Shown here piece by piece: positions 21,239 to 31,702 of a stretch of 64,000 nt of DNA. The notes beneath the pieces were generated by a model. The model was given only the letters and a program-made list of their open reading frames with translations, made no database searches and had not been told where the DNA came from. Location of the stretch: positions 95,510 through 159,509 of the forward strand of contig CAVWRX010000005.1 in NCBI GenBank assembly GCA_963757595.1, given 5' to 3'. Numbering within the stretch: position 1 is the first letter of the stretch; the number at the start of each line of letters is the position of its first letter. The position numbers and the translations under genes were made by a program. This DNA comes from an uncultured Chloroflexia bacterium. Lineage in GTDB: Bacteria > Chloroflexota > Limnocylindria > Limnocylindrales > CSP1-4.

Positions 21239-22657
21239 ATGGACACCCTCGAAGCCATCGTTCGTCTCGTCTGGCTCGTCGGCGCGGCCGGGTTCGTGAT
21301 CGGCCTGATGCGCATGAACTCGCCCGCCACGGCCCGCAACGGGAACCTCCTGTCCGCCGGCGGCATGGCCCTCGCGATCGGCGCGACCGCGGTCCTCCTC
21401 GCCGCAAACGGCGGGATCACCGCGTCCGGCTGGATCATCATCGTGGTCGGCATCGCGATCGGGGGCGGGTTCGGGCTCTACACCGCTCGCACCGTGAAGA
21501 TGACCGCGATGCCACAGCTGGTGTCGCTCTTCAATGCCATGGGCGGCGGGGCGGCGGCCCTCATCGCGATCGACGACTTCATCCGCCTCTCCGGCAACGC
21601 CGGAGCCTCCATCCCGCTCCAGATCTCGGTCCCAACAGTCCTCGACATCGTCATCGGATCCATCACCTTCTCGGGATCGCTGATCGCGTCCGGGAAGCTG
21701 ATGGGCCTCAAGATCACACCCTCGAAGCCCGTGATGATTCCGGGCGGCCAGCTGGTCACCGGGGCCCTTGCCCTCATCGTGACCGTCTCGGCCATCTACC
21801 TCTGGCTCGGCAACGCCAGCGTCCCGGTGATGTTCCTGATCCTGGCCGTCGCCCTGGTCTTCGGCATCACGATGACCCTGCCGATCGGCGGCGCCGACAT
21901 GCCGGTCGTCATCAGCCTCCTGAACTCGTTCACCGGCACGGCCGTGGCGATGGCCGGGTTCGTCCTGGACAACACCGTCCTGATCATCGCCGGCGCCCTC
22001 GTCGGTGCGTCCGGCGCGATCCTCACCAAGCTCATGGCCGATGCGATGAACCGGTCCGTCCTGAACATCATGATCGGCGGCATGGGCGGCGGGGAAGGAT
22101 CCGTCGGCGCGGTGTCCGGCTCCGGCGGCTCGGTCCGCGAGATCGGCGTCGACGACGCCGCGATCCAGCTCTCGTACGCCAGCCTGGTGATCATCGTTCC
22201 GGGCTACGGCCTGGCCGTCGCCCAGGCACAGCACGCGGTGCGCGAGCTTGCCGAGATCCTCGAGTCCAAGGGCGTCGAGGTCGAGTACGCCATTCATCCC
22301 GTAGCCGGTCGGATGCCCGGACACATGAACGTCCTGCTCGCCGAGGCCAACGTTCCCTACCCCCAGCTCAAGGAGATGGAGGAGGTCAACCCGGACTTCG
22401 ACCGCTGCGACGTGGCCCTCGTCATCGGCGCCAACGACGTCACGAACCCGGCCGCCCGCCACCCCGGTTCGCCGGTCTCGGGCATGCCGATCCTCGACGT
22501 CGACCACGCCAAGTCGATCATCGTCATGAAGCGGTCCATGGGCCGTGGCTATGCCGGCATCGATAACGAGCTGTACACGAATCCCAAGACCGGCATGCTC
22601 TTTGCCGACGCGAAGGCCGGGCTCGCCGAGCTCATCTCGGCGGTCAAGGCCCTCTAG
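21239..22657 (+). CDS. pntB: NAD(P) transhydrogenase beta subunit
   Basis: IGGADMPVVISLLNS, HPVAGRMPGHMNVLLAEA, GANDVTNPAA. Confidence 0.97.
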   Translation: MDTLEAIVRLVWLVGAAGFVIGLMRMNSPATARNGNLLSAGGMALAIGATAVLLAANGGITASGWIIIVVGIAIGGGFGLYTARTVKMTAMPQLVSLFNAMGGGAAALIAIDDFIRLSGNAGASIPLQISVPTVLDIVIGSITFSGSLIASGKLMGLKITPSKPVMIPGGQLVTGALALIVTVSAIYLWLGNASVPVMFLILAVALVFGITMTLPIGGADMPVVISLLNSFTGTAVAMAGFVLDNTVLIIAGALVGASGAILTKLMADAMNRSVLNIMIGGMGGGEGSVGAVSGSGGSVREIGVDDAAIQLSYASLVIIVPGYGLAVAQAQHAVRELAEILESKGVEVEYAIHPVAGRMPGHMNVLLAEANVPYPQLKEMEEVNPDFDRCDVALVIGANDVTNPAARHPGSPVSGMPILDVDHAKSIIVMKRSMGRGYAGIDNELYTNPKTGMLFADAKAGLAELISAVKAL

Positions 22658-24174
22658 TGGCCGACGAGGGCTCGACGCCGGCGAAGTCCGACGCGAAGGG
22701 CGAGGAAGCGAAGCCGGGCGGAGGCGAAGCGCGCGCGGCCGACCCGACCGACGACCTCGTCGAACGGAAGCACACGCTGAGCATCGGCCGGAAGAAGCTC
22801 GCCTACACCTCGCACACCGGGCGGATCGTCCTCCGCGAGGAGGTCGTCGAGGACGGCAAGGCCGGCGGCTTCAAGCCCCGGGCGACCGTCTTCATCACCT
22901 CGTACACCCTCGACGGGGCGGATCGCCGCAAGCGTCCGCTGACCTTCGCCTTCAACGGTGGGCCCGGTTCCTCGAGCGTCTGGCTCCATATGGGGCTCCT
23001 CGGCCCGCGACGCGTCGTTGCCGGCGACGTCGGCGACCGGGTGCCTCCGCCGTACGACCTTGCCGACAACCTCGAGACGCTGCTCACGACGACGGACCTG
23101 GTCTTCATCGACCCCGTCGCCACTGGGTACTCCCGAGCCGTCGACGGGATCAAGCCGGGCGACTACCACGGCTACACGAGGGATATCGAATCGGTCGGCG
23201 AGGTCATCCGCCTGTGGACCTCGCGAAACGGCCGCTGGCTGTCGCCGAAGTTCCTCGCCGGCGAGTCCTACGGAACGCTCCGGGCCGCCGGCCTGGCCAC
23301 GTACCTGCAGACCCGGCACGGGATGTTCCTGAACGGGATCATCCTCATCTCGTCCGTCCTCGATCTCGGCACGATCGACTTCCACGAGGGCAACGACGTC
23401 CCGTACGCGCTCTACCTGCCGACGTATGCGGCGATCGCGCACTACCACGGCAAGCACCCGAACCGGGCACTCCGCGATGTCATCGCCGAGGCCGAGGCCT
23501 ACGCGGCCTCGGAGTACCCGCGCGTCCTGGCCCGCGGTTCACGACTCACGCCGGCCGAGCGCCGGACCGCCGTGGCGAAGATCGCCCGGCTCACGGGCCT
23601 CCGGCGGGAGTACGTCGACCGGGTCAACCTCCGGATCGAGCACATCCGCTTCTTCACGGAGCTGTTGCGCGACCGCGGCTTGTCCGTGGGCCGCCTCGAC
23701 GCCCGCTTCACCGTCGCGGAACCGGACGGTGGCCGGGAGCACTTCACGGCGGATGCCTCGTACTCGCACATCCATGGGCCCTACACGGCGGCCCTGAACC
23801 AGTACGTCCGCGACGAGCTCGGCTACGAGAACGACCTGCCGTACGAGATCCTCGCGGGCTCGGTCAACACCGCGTGGTCCTACAAGGAATACGAGGGCCG
23901 CTCGGTCACGGTCGTGGACGAGCTCGGTGCGACGATGCGCGCAAACCCGGATCTCCGCGTTCACATCGCCTGCGGCTTCTACGATGGCGCGACGCCCCAC
24001 TTCGCGGCCGAGCACGTCGTGGCGCACCTGCCGATCCCCGCCGAGCTCGCCGCGAACGTCGAGCTCACCCACTACGAGGCGGGCCACATGATGTACGTCC
24101 ACGAGCCATCGCGGGTCCGCCAGTCCGCGGACCTCGCCGAGTTCATCGCGAAGGCCTCGACAGGACGACCCTAG
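22657..24174 (+). CDS. Peptidase S10 serine carboxypeptidase
   Basis: FNGGPGSSS, GESYG, AGHMMY. Confidence 0.93.
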   Translation: MADEGSTPAKSDAKGEEAKPGGGEARAADPTDDLVERKHTLSIGRKKLAYTSHTGRIVLREEVVEDGKAGGFKPRATVFITSYTLDGADRRKRPLTFAFNGGPGSSSVWLHMGLLGPRRVVAGDVGDRVPPPYDLADNLETLLTTTDLVFIDPVATGYSRAVDGIKPGDYHGYTRDIESVGEVIRLWTSRNGRWLSPKFLAGESYGTLRAAGLATYLQTRHGMFLNGIILISSVLDLGTIDFHEGNDVPYALYLPTYAAIAHYHGKHPNRALRDVIAEAEAYAASEYPRVLARGSRLTPAERRTAVAKIARLTGLRREYVDRVNLRIEHIRFFTELLRDRGLSVGRLDARFTVAEPDGGREHFTADASYSHIHGPYTAALNQYVRDELGYENDLPYEILAGSVNTAWSYKEYEGRSVTVVDELGATMRANPDLRVHIACGFYDGATPHFAAEHVVAHLPIPAELAANVELTHYEAGHMMYVHEPSRVRQSADLAEFIAKASTGRP

Positions 24175-24245
24175 CGCGCGGTACGATCCCCCAACGGGCG
24201 GCGCCCGGACGCGACGTTCCGCAGGGGAGGGATCGAGCCGACACC

Positions 24246-25416
24246 GTGCTCAATCGTCGCTTCAATCCGTTCAACTCGCTCCTGACCGCGCCGATCATGC
24301 GGCGCGTCACGTGGCATGCCAAGCGGATCGCGGGTGCCGTCGACCGGCGCTTCTTCCTCAGCCTGGCAGAAGGCGCGACGATCTTCGTCGCCATCGCGGC
24401 CCTCCTCGTGACGCTCATCGAGAAGCCCTGGACCCAGGGGACCGGCACCGCCATCGAATGGTTCGGGAAGTCCTTCAACTGGGCCATCTTCACGATCCTC
24501 GGCCAGGGCGATTCCAGCTTCGTGACAAGCCCGGGCGGCTTCGTCGTGAGCTGGCTGCTCGTCCTGTTCGGAGTCGCGATCGTCGGAACCATCACGGGGG
24601 CCCTCGTGGCGCTCGTCATCGACTTCCTGCTCAAGGAGGGCCAGGGATTGGGCGCCGCCGGATACAAGAACCACATCGTCGTCTGCGGCTGGAACTCGAC
24701 CGCCCGGGAGCTGATCCAGGAGCTCCGCGGCGACGAGTACAAGGCCAAGGTCGTCGTCCTCGCCGACGTGGAGAAGAACCCGGCCGGAGAGGGCGTCTAC
24801 TTCGTCCGCGGCGATTCGACCCACGGCCCGGACCTGCAACGTGCCGGGATCGAAGAGGCGGCGGCCGCGCTCGTCTTCCCGATCGACGCCTCGAACGAGG
24901 CCGACATGCACGGGATCCTGACCGTCATGGCGATCGAAACTATCGCCCCCGACGTCCGGACCGTCGCCGAGGTGAACAACCCCCGCCATGTCGAGCACTT
25001 CCAGCGGGCCCACGCGGACGAGGTCCTGGTGACCTCAACCCTGGCTTCGCACCTGGTCGCCCGATCGGCCCTCTACCCCGGGCCTGACGGGTCTCGTCAG
25101 CGACATCGTCACGGGTGGCGAAGGGTCCGAGCTCTACCGGGTGGAGCTGCCGGAACGCTATCTCGGCCTGCACATCGACGAGGTCAGCACCCGTCTCCGC
25201 CACGAGCATCGGGCGACGCTCCTCGCCGTCGGGCGGGGCACGCAGACGGTCGTCAACCCGCCCGCGGATTTCCACCTGCAGGCCGACGACGACCTCCTCG
25301 TGGTGGCCGAGTCCCTGGGCACGCTGGCCCCGCTCAAGCCGGATCGTGCGATGGCGCTCAATGCCGACCGCCACGTCCACGAGCACACGCACGGGCACGA
25401 GCAGGAGCCGGCCTGA
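24246..25416 (+). CDS. 2TM ion channel with RCK (TrkA-N/C) domains (frameshift near 25080)
   Basis: Two TM helices flanking a pore loop, HIVVCGWN Rossmann fold, RCK-C VNPP motif. Confidence 0.85.
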
Positions 25417-25462
25417 CCTGGTCCGAGGTCGTTGGGCGGCTGCCTGACCGGGATCCACCTCG

Positions 25463-25957
25463 TCAGGATGGCGGCGGGGCACTCTCCGGCTGCGTCACGT
25501 CCACGACCTCGGCGCCGAGGGCCGCCACGAGGTCCGCGGGAGCGAGGTGGAGGTTGACCCCGAACGCGCCGCCGCCGATCGAGACGATCGGCTCTCCGGT
25601 GATCGCGGCGTCGGCGATCACGGGCCACGCCCGGGTCGAACCGAAGGGCGTGATCGTGTACCGAACATAGCCGGTCACCGCCAGCGCCTCGTCGGCGTGG
25701 GGCAGCGACATCCGTGAGATTCCGAGATGCGCACGCAGCTTCGGCCAGTCGAATCGCCTGCCCGCCGGCACCAGGACGAAGAGGTAGTCGTCCTCGCCTC
25801 GCCGCACGACGATCGTCCGCAGCAGGGCCCGGAGTGGGATGCCCTGCCGTTCGGCCGCCTCTTCGGCGCTCCGCGCGGGTTCGATGCGCACGACCCGATG
25901 CGGGACGCCCGCGGCCGCGATCGCGTCGAGGGCGGGGGTCGACGCGGAATCGTTCAC
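25463..25957 (-). CDS. YbaK/EbsC family aminoacyl-tRNA deacylase-like protein
   Basis: EEAA...G......RTIVV, TGY....ITPFG, VSIGGG. Confidence 0.85.
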   Translation of the reverse strand: MNDSASTPALDAIAAAGVPHRVVRIEPARSAEEAAERQGIPLRALLRTIVVRRGEDDYLFVLVPAGRRFDWPKLRAHLGISRMSLPHADEALAVTGYVRYTITPFGSTRAWPVIADAAITGEPIVSIGGGAFGVNLHLAPADLVAALGAEVVDVTQPESAPPPS

Positions 25958-25990
25958 GGGGCAATCGTAGCCGCCGCTAGACTCGGTTCG

Positions 25991-26845
25991 ATGGCCGATC
26001 CCCGCGACACCGTGAACGTCCGCCCCGCCTCACCGTCCGAGGCCGCCGACGTCCGCGCCATGCATGCCGCCAATCGCGCCGCGTGGGACGAGGCGGCGGA
26101 ACGCTACGTCGGCTGGTTCGACGAGGCGGTGGCCCTGATCCGCTCGGGTGGGTCCAACCTCTTCCCGATCGAGCACGAGCTGATCGGTGACCTCCGCGGC
26201 CGCTGCGGACGTGCGATCCACCTCCAGTGCGCGGGCGGCCGCGACACCCTCTCGCTCTGGAACCTGGGCGCGGACGAGGTCATCGGCGTGGACATCAGCC
26301 CGCGCATGCTGGAGCTGGCGGCCCGGCTCTCGTCGGCTACCGCCGCCCCGGCGCGATGGATCGAGGCCGACGTCCTCGATACGCCGCACGAGCTCGACGG
26401 CACGGCCGACCTCGTCTACACCGGTCGCGGCGCCATCATCTGGCTCCAGGACCTCGACGCCTGGGCGGCCGTCCTCCGTCGACTCCTCTCCCCGACCGGT
26501 CGTCTCGTGATCTTCGACGGGCACCCCGCGGAGTGGCTGTTCGATGCCGACGAGGACGGCCGATGGATGGCCACGGACTACGACTACTTTGGCGGGCCCG
26601 AGGCTTCGAAGGGCTGGGCCCCTGAATACATCGACCATCTCTCGATCCCCGAGGACGATCAGAGCTGGAAGTTCGCCCGGGCCTGGACGCTCGGCGAGAT
26701 CGTGACGGCGCTGCTTGGGGCCGGCCTGAACTTGGAGCGCGTCACCGAGCATCCCGTGGACTGGTGGTCCGGCCACCTCGATCTCCGGCCCGAGGAACGC
26801 GGCCGCGTACCGCTGTCCTTCTCGATCGTGGCGACGCGCGGCTGA
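25991..26845 (+). CDS. Class I SAM-dependent methyltransferase
   Basis: HLQCAGGRDTLS, GVDIS, DLVYTGRGA..W. Confidence 0.88.
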   Translation: MADPRDTVNVRPASPSEAADVRAMHAANRAAWDEAAERYVGWFDEAVALIRSGGSNLFPIEHELIGDLRGRCGRAIHLQCAGGRDTLSLWNLGADEVIGVDISPRMLELAARLSSATAAPARWIEADVLDTPHELDGTADLVYTGRGAIIWLQDLDAWAAVLRRLLSPTGRLVIFDGHPAEWLFDADEDGRWMATDYDYFGGPEASKGWAPEYIDHLSIPEDDQSWKFARAWTLGEIVTALLGAGLNLERVTEHPVDWWSGHLDLRPEERGRVPLSFSIVATRG

Positions 26846-26869
26846 GGCCGGGCGTCCCCGGCGCGGCGC

Positions 26870-28072
26870 TCAGGCGACCTTGCGGCCCCCGAGGTAGACG
26901 GCGTTGATCCGCTCGCGCAGGGTGGCGAAGTCGTACGGGTCGCCGTCCACCATGACGAGATCCGCGAGCTTTCCGGCCTCGATGGTGCCGCGCTGATCGG
27001 CCACACCCATGAGCTGTGCAGCACTCCGGGTCGTGGCCTCGAGGACGGCGGCGGGCGCCATTCCGAGCTCATGCATCAGTGCGAGCTCGCGCAGGTTGTT
27101 GCCGTGCGGCGAGACGCCCAAATCGGTGCCCATCGCCACGCGGACCCCGGCCTCGAAGGCATGCCGGATTGCCTCGGTGTGGCGATCGATGAGCGAGCGC
27201 GCCTTCTCGAGGATCGGCTCGGGGATGGCAGCACCAGCCGCCGCCGCCTCGAGCACGCCGCGCGGCGCCACGAGCGTCGGCACCAGCCAGGTCCCGTTCG
27301 CGCGCATGAGGTCGATGCCCTCGTCGTCGAGGAAGATCCCGTGGTCGATCGAGCGGATGCCGGCCCGGACCGCGTTCTTGATCCCATCCGCGGCCTGGGC
27401 ATGGGCCATCACGAACATGCCGGCTGCCGTCGCCTCCTCCACCAGGACGTCGAGCTCGGCCGGCCGGAAGTGCGCGTGGGCCGGGTTGTCGCGCGCCGAC
27501 AGCACGCCGCCCGAGGTCGCGACCTTGACCACGTCGGCGCCCATCCGATGGAGCTCGCGGACCTTGCGTCGCATCTCATCCGGTCCATCGACGATGTTCG
27601 ACGGGATGCCGGGATGCTCGCCCATCATCGGAACCATGACGCCGGACGGCAGCCAGTCATCGCCGTGGCCGCCGGTCTGGCTGAGCATCGTGAGGCTGAT
27701 CTGCATCCGCGGACCGGCGACGAGCCCGTCCTCGACGGCCTGCTTGATCCCGAGGTCGGCGCCCCCGGCGTCGCGAATGGAGGTGATCCCCGCCTCGAGC
27801 GTCTTTCGCAGGTTCTGCTCGGCGACGTAGAAGTTGTAGCTGAACGGCCGGTTGACGATCTTCCACACATCGATCGTGTCGAAGATCACGTGGACGTGGC
27901 AATCAAAGAACCCGGGCAGGATGGTCCGCCCGGTCGCGTCGACTACCTCGTCGCCATCGAGCCCCGAGCCCACGTCGACGATTCGCCCGTCCTCGATCGC
28001 GATATCGGCGGGGGCGGGATCGACCCCGCTGCCATCGAAGACCGAGCCGCCCTGGAACAGTGTTCGTGTCAT
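26870..28072 (-). CDS. Amidohydrolase (Xaa-Pro dipeptidase-like)
   Basis: PGFFDCHVH, KVATSGG, AHA, SIDHG, GTD. Confidence 0.92.
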   Translation of the reverse strand: MTRTLFQGGSVFDGSGVDPAPADIAIEDGRIVDVGSGLDGDEVVDATGRTILPGFFDCHVHVIFDTIDVWKIVNRPFSYNFYVAEQNLRKTLEAGITSIRDAGGADLGIKQAVEDGLVAGPRMQISLTMLSQTGGHGDDWLPSGVMVPMMGEHPGIPSNIVDGPDEMRRKVRELHRMGADVVKVATSGGVLSARDNPAHAHFRPAELDVLVEEATAAGMFVMAHAQAADGIKNAVRAGIRSIDHGIFLDDEGIDLMRANGTWLVPTLVAPRGVLEAAAAGAAIPEPILEKARSLIDRHTEAIRHAFEAGVRVAMGTDLGVSPHGNNLRELALMHELGMAPAAVLEATTRSAAQLMGVADQRGTIEAGKLADLVMVDGDPYDFATLRERINAVYLGGRKVA

Positions 28073-28130
28073 GGACCAAACGGTACTCGTTCACTGAGCG
28101 CGGCGACCACCCGCGCGGGTCAGGACGCGC

Positions 28131-30479
28131 TCAGGCGGCGCTGCGAGCCGCCTCCGTTGCGGCAGGATGCTCGTCGCCGAGCGCCACGTAGAGCTCCTCC
28201 TCCTGGGCCATGTGAAGGCGGAGGATCGCGTCGAGGCCGTAGAGGACGCGACGGAGGTCGGTGAGGTCCTCGGCGACCGGGCCCTCCTCGGGCAGCTCGG
28301 CGACCAGCCGGTCGGTGAACCGGACCAGGTGGAAGATCTCCGAGTGGGTCCGGTGGAGCGCAGCCGTGACATCGTCGTTGCCGACCGCGCCCGCCAGGAG
28401 CGGGAACACCTCGCGGTCCTCGCGCTCCTCGTGGGGCACGAGCGACTCGACCAGGAAGGCGCGAATGCCCTCGAGCTCACGCCGGGCGTCGGGGCCCGGC
28501 ATCGTCCCAAGGCGGTCGGCGAGGGATCGGATACGGGCGATCGATGGCATGAGCTCCCGGTGCTCGGCGCGAAGGCGCTCGCTGATGTCAGTCCAGCCGG
28601 GGATCTCGGGCTTCCGCTCGAGGCCCCCGCCCAGGGCACGGAGCGCATTGAGGATGACGATGACATCGATCCCTTCCTGGAGCAGCGCGCCGGCGACCGG
28701 CGGCAGGACGCCCGTGGTCGCGACGAGCATCGCGGCGAGCGACATCCCCATCCCGGCGAAGACGCTCTGCAGGGCGATCGACCGCGAGCGCTTGGCGATG
28801 CGGATCGCCTCCGGCAAGCGGTCCAGGCGATCGACCGTGATCACGATGTCCGCGGCCTCGGAGCTGGCGGTCGCGCCCCGCGCGCCCATGGCCACGCCCA
28901 CGTCTGCGGCCGCGAGCGCCGGCGCGTCGTTGATCCCGTCGCCGATCATCACGAGGATCCCGCGGGCTTCGGCCCGCTCCTCGACCACGGCGTCGACCTT
29001 GTCGGAGGGCGTCCGCTCGGCGAGGACGGCGTCAACCCCGATCGCGGCGGCAACCATGTCGGCGACGCCGTAGTGGTCACCGGTCACCATCACCGTCCGG
29101 CGCACGCCGGCACGACGGAGCGATCGGATGACGCGTGGCGTCTCTGGCCTGACCGGGTCGTCGAGGATCAACGCGCCGACGAGGACGCCGTCCGCGGCGA
29201 CGAAGACGCTCGTCGCGCCCTCGAGGCTGACGCGGCGCCGCACGTCACGCGCCCAGGCCGGCAGCGAGGCGCCAGCCCTGGTGAACTCCGGCGTGCCGAC
29301 GAGCACGGCCACGCCGTCGATCCTCCCCGAGATGCCCGCGCCCGGTTCCTCGATGGCTCCTTCGGGCAGCTGCAATGCCACGCCTCGATCGCGCGCCCCG
29401 CCCACGATCGACGCCGCGAGCACGTGTGGTGACACCTGCTCGAGCGAGGCGGCAAGCCCGAGGACAGCTTCGGCGGTCCAGTCCGGAGCAACCACGACAT
29501 CCGCGAGGTGCGGTCGGCCGGCGGTCAGCGTGCCCGTCTTGTCGAAGAGCATGACGCGGGCTCGGGCGATCGCCTCGAGGGCCCCGCCGCCCTTGACGAT
29601 GATCCCGCGCTTCGCCGAGCGGCTGATGCCGGCCACGATCGCGATCGGGACGGCGAGCAGGAGTGGACACGGCGTGGCGACGACGAGCACGGCAAGTGCC
29701 CGCACCGGATCGCCGGAGACGAGCCAGGCAAAGCCCGACAGGGCGAGCGTCAGCGGCACGAAGAGCAGCGCGTAGCGATCGGCGAGGCGGACGAACGGCG
29801 CCTTCGACGATTGGGCCTCGTTGACCAGGCGGACGATGCCCGCGTACGTGCTCCGCTCGGATGTCGCGGTGGCGGTGAGATCGAACGGCGCCCCGGCGTT
29901 GACGGTCCCGGAGCTGACCGGATCGCCGGTCAGCCGGGTCGCCAGCCGCGCCTCGCCGGTGAGGGCCGACTCGTCGAGCACCGCGCTCACGTTCGTCACC
30001 ATGCCATCGACCGGGACGACCTCGCCCGGCTTCACGATGAGGCGGTCGCCGACGGCGACCTCGGCGATGGGCCGGTCGACGATGGTCTCGGTCTCGTACC
30101 GATGGACGGTTCGAGGCGCCCGGGACACGAGCGCCGACAGCTCACGGTGAGCCCGCCCGGCGGCAAATCGTTCGAGCCAATCGCCGGTCGCGAGCATTAC
30201 GCCGATCACGGCCGCGGCCAGGTACTCTCCGAAGAGGACCGCACCGGCGATGGCCAGGACCGCGATGACGTCGACGCCTGCCTCGTGGTGGAGCAGGTCG
30301 CGGAGGATCGTGACTGCCAGCCAGACGGCAACCAGGACCGACGGGACGGCCCATGCCAGGTCGCGCGGGCCGTCCTGGCCAGTCGCGGCAAGGATGAGCC
30401 CGAGGGCGAGACCGCCAACCGTCAGCGGCAAGAGCGCCCGCTCGGTCAGTCGGTCGAGGCCATCGAGGATTCGCGTCAT
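28131..30479 (-). CDS. Heavy-metal P1B-type ATPase with C-terminal hemerythrin domain (P1B-5-like)
   Basis: LTGE, TPCP, DKTGT, GDGIND; C-terminal EH...HE..ED...H...LH...EEE hemerythrin pattern. Confidence 0.93.
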   Translation of the reverse strand: MTRILDGLDRLTERALLPLTVGGLALGLILAATGQDGPRDLAWAVPSVLVAVWLAVTILRDLLHHEAGVDVIAVLAIAGAVLFGEYLAAAVIGVMLATGDWLERFAAGRAHRELSALVSRAPRTVHRYETETIVDRPIAEVAVGDRLIVKPGEVVPVDGMVTNVSAVLDESALTGEARLATRLTGDPVSSGTVNAGAPFDLTATATSERSTYAGIVRLVNEAQSSKAPFVRLADRYALLFVPLTLALSGFAWLVSGDPVRALAVLVVATPCPLLLAVPIAIVAGISRSAKRGIIVKGGGALEAIARARVMLFDKTGTLTAGRPHLADVVVAPDWTAEAVLGLAASLEQVSPHVLAASIVGGARDRGVALQLPEGAIEEPGAGISGRIDGVAVLVGTPEFTRAGASLPAWARDVRRRVSLEGATSVFVAADGVLVGALILDDPVRPETPRVIRSLRRAGVRRTVMVTGDHYGVADMVAAAIGVDAVLAERTPSDKVDAVVEERAEARGILVMIGDGINDAPALAAADVGVAMGARGATASSEAADIVITVDRLDRLPEAIRIAKRSRSIALQSVFAGMGMSLAAMLVATTGVLPPVAGALLQEGIDVIVILNALRALGGGLERKPEIPGWTDISERLRAEHRELMPSIARIRSLADRLGTMPGPDARRELEGIRAFLVESLVPHEEREDREVFPLLAGAVGNDDVTAALHRTHSEIFHLVRFTDRLVAELPEEGPVAEDLTDLRRVLYGLDAILRLHMAQEEELYVALGDEHPAATEAARSAA

Positions 30480-30674
30480 CTGGCCAGCGTAATGTTGTGG
30501 CCCGCTTCAAGGCGCGTGCCGGTTGGCCTGCTCCACGGGTGACGCTCGCCGAAAGCCTGGAAGTTGACGACCCGGACCGGCGGCGCCGGCTTCGTCAGGA
30601 CAGGAGAATCGGCGGGTGACGATCTGTCACCATGCCGACATCAACCAACTTCCGGCGAGCCAAGGAGGTTCCAG

Positions 30675-31592
30675 ATGATTGGGATTGTGCGGCAATGGCG
30701 CCGCAGCACGCGACTCGCGATTGTCGCTGCGCTGATGGTGTCGCTCCTCGGCGCCGGGGCGGTCGTGGGGGCGGTCGTGGCGCCCGCGATCACGACGTTC
30801 ACGCCCCGCAGCGCAAACCAGATCACGAACATCGACGTGCTCCGCCAGCAGATCCGCAACTACTACGGCGACCCGCTCGCCAGCGGCGTGTTCGCGCCGG
30901 ACAGCAACTATGCGAAGGAGGCGAAGTCTGTCGCCGCCCAGGGACTGCACTACCTGCTGCTGAAGAAGTACCCGTGGCAATACTCGTGGAAGGGGTCCAA
31001 GACCAAGGCCATCGTCCTGGACGTCGATGACACCACGCTCGCGACCTGGAACTACGAGGTCTACAGCAACTGGGCATACAACCCGACCACCAATGGCACC
31101 TTCGTCAACTGCGAGAAGTTCCCGGCTGTACCCGGGATGGTTGCGATGGTGAACAAGGCGAAGTCGCTGGGCTATGCCGTCTTCTATCTCACCGGTCGCC
31201 CGGCCTCGCAGGAGCCCGTGACGCTCACCAACCTGACCGGCGCGGGCTCACTCGGGGGCGTGGGCTGTGACGCCGTGCCGGGCAACAGCATCGACGCCGG
31301 GTACCCGGCCCCGACGACGCTCAAGGACGGCGAGGACGGCCTCTTCACGAAGCCGCCGTCGACGGCCACCGACTACTCGGCCTACCCGGACTACCTGCTG
31401 GCCGCGTGCGCCGACGAGATCGCTCTCGGCAAGTCGTGCACCACGATCCACTACAAGTCGGCCACCCGGGCCCATATCGAATCGCTGGGCTACGACATCG
31501 TGGCCAACTTCGGCGACCAGTACAGCGACCTCAAGGGCGGCTCCGCCGACCGCACATTCAAGATGCCGAACCCCAACTACTTCCTGCCCTGA
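30675..31592 (+). CDS. Secreted HAD-family acid phosphatase
   Basis: Signal peptide, DVDDT, TGR, GDQYSD, PNPNY; AAGGAGG SD. Confidence 0.88.
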   Translation: MIGIVRQWRRSTRLAIVAALMVSLLGAGAVVGAVVAPAITTFTPRSANQITNIDVLRQQIRNYYGDPLASGVFAPDSNYAKEAKSVAAQGLHYLLLKKYPWQYSWKGSKTKAIVLDVDDTTLATWNYEVYSNWAYNPTTNGTFVNCEKFPAVPGMVAMVNKAKSLGYAVFYLTGRPASQEPVTLTNLTGAGSLGGVGCDAVPGNSIDAGYPAPTTLKDGEDGLFTKPPSTATDYSAYPDYLLAACADEIALGKSCTTIHYKSATRAHIESLGYDIVANFGDQYSDLKGGSADRTFKMPNPNYFLP

Positions 31593-31702
31593 CAGTCGGC
31601 AGCGTGGGCAGCCGGGCCAGCGGGCCTGGCTGCCCACGGCTCATGCCTCCCGGGAGTACCGATCAGGCCCGCCGGGAACGTGGTCAACCGCGAGGCTGAC
31701 AC

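Noticed and set aside
22545-25670. 1041-aa ORF
   Set aside because: A shadow frame over the S10 peptidase that runs into the real channel gene. Long alternative-frame ORFs are expected at this GC content.
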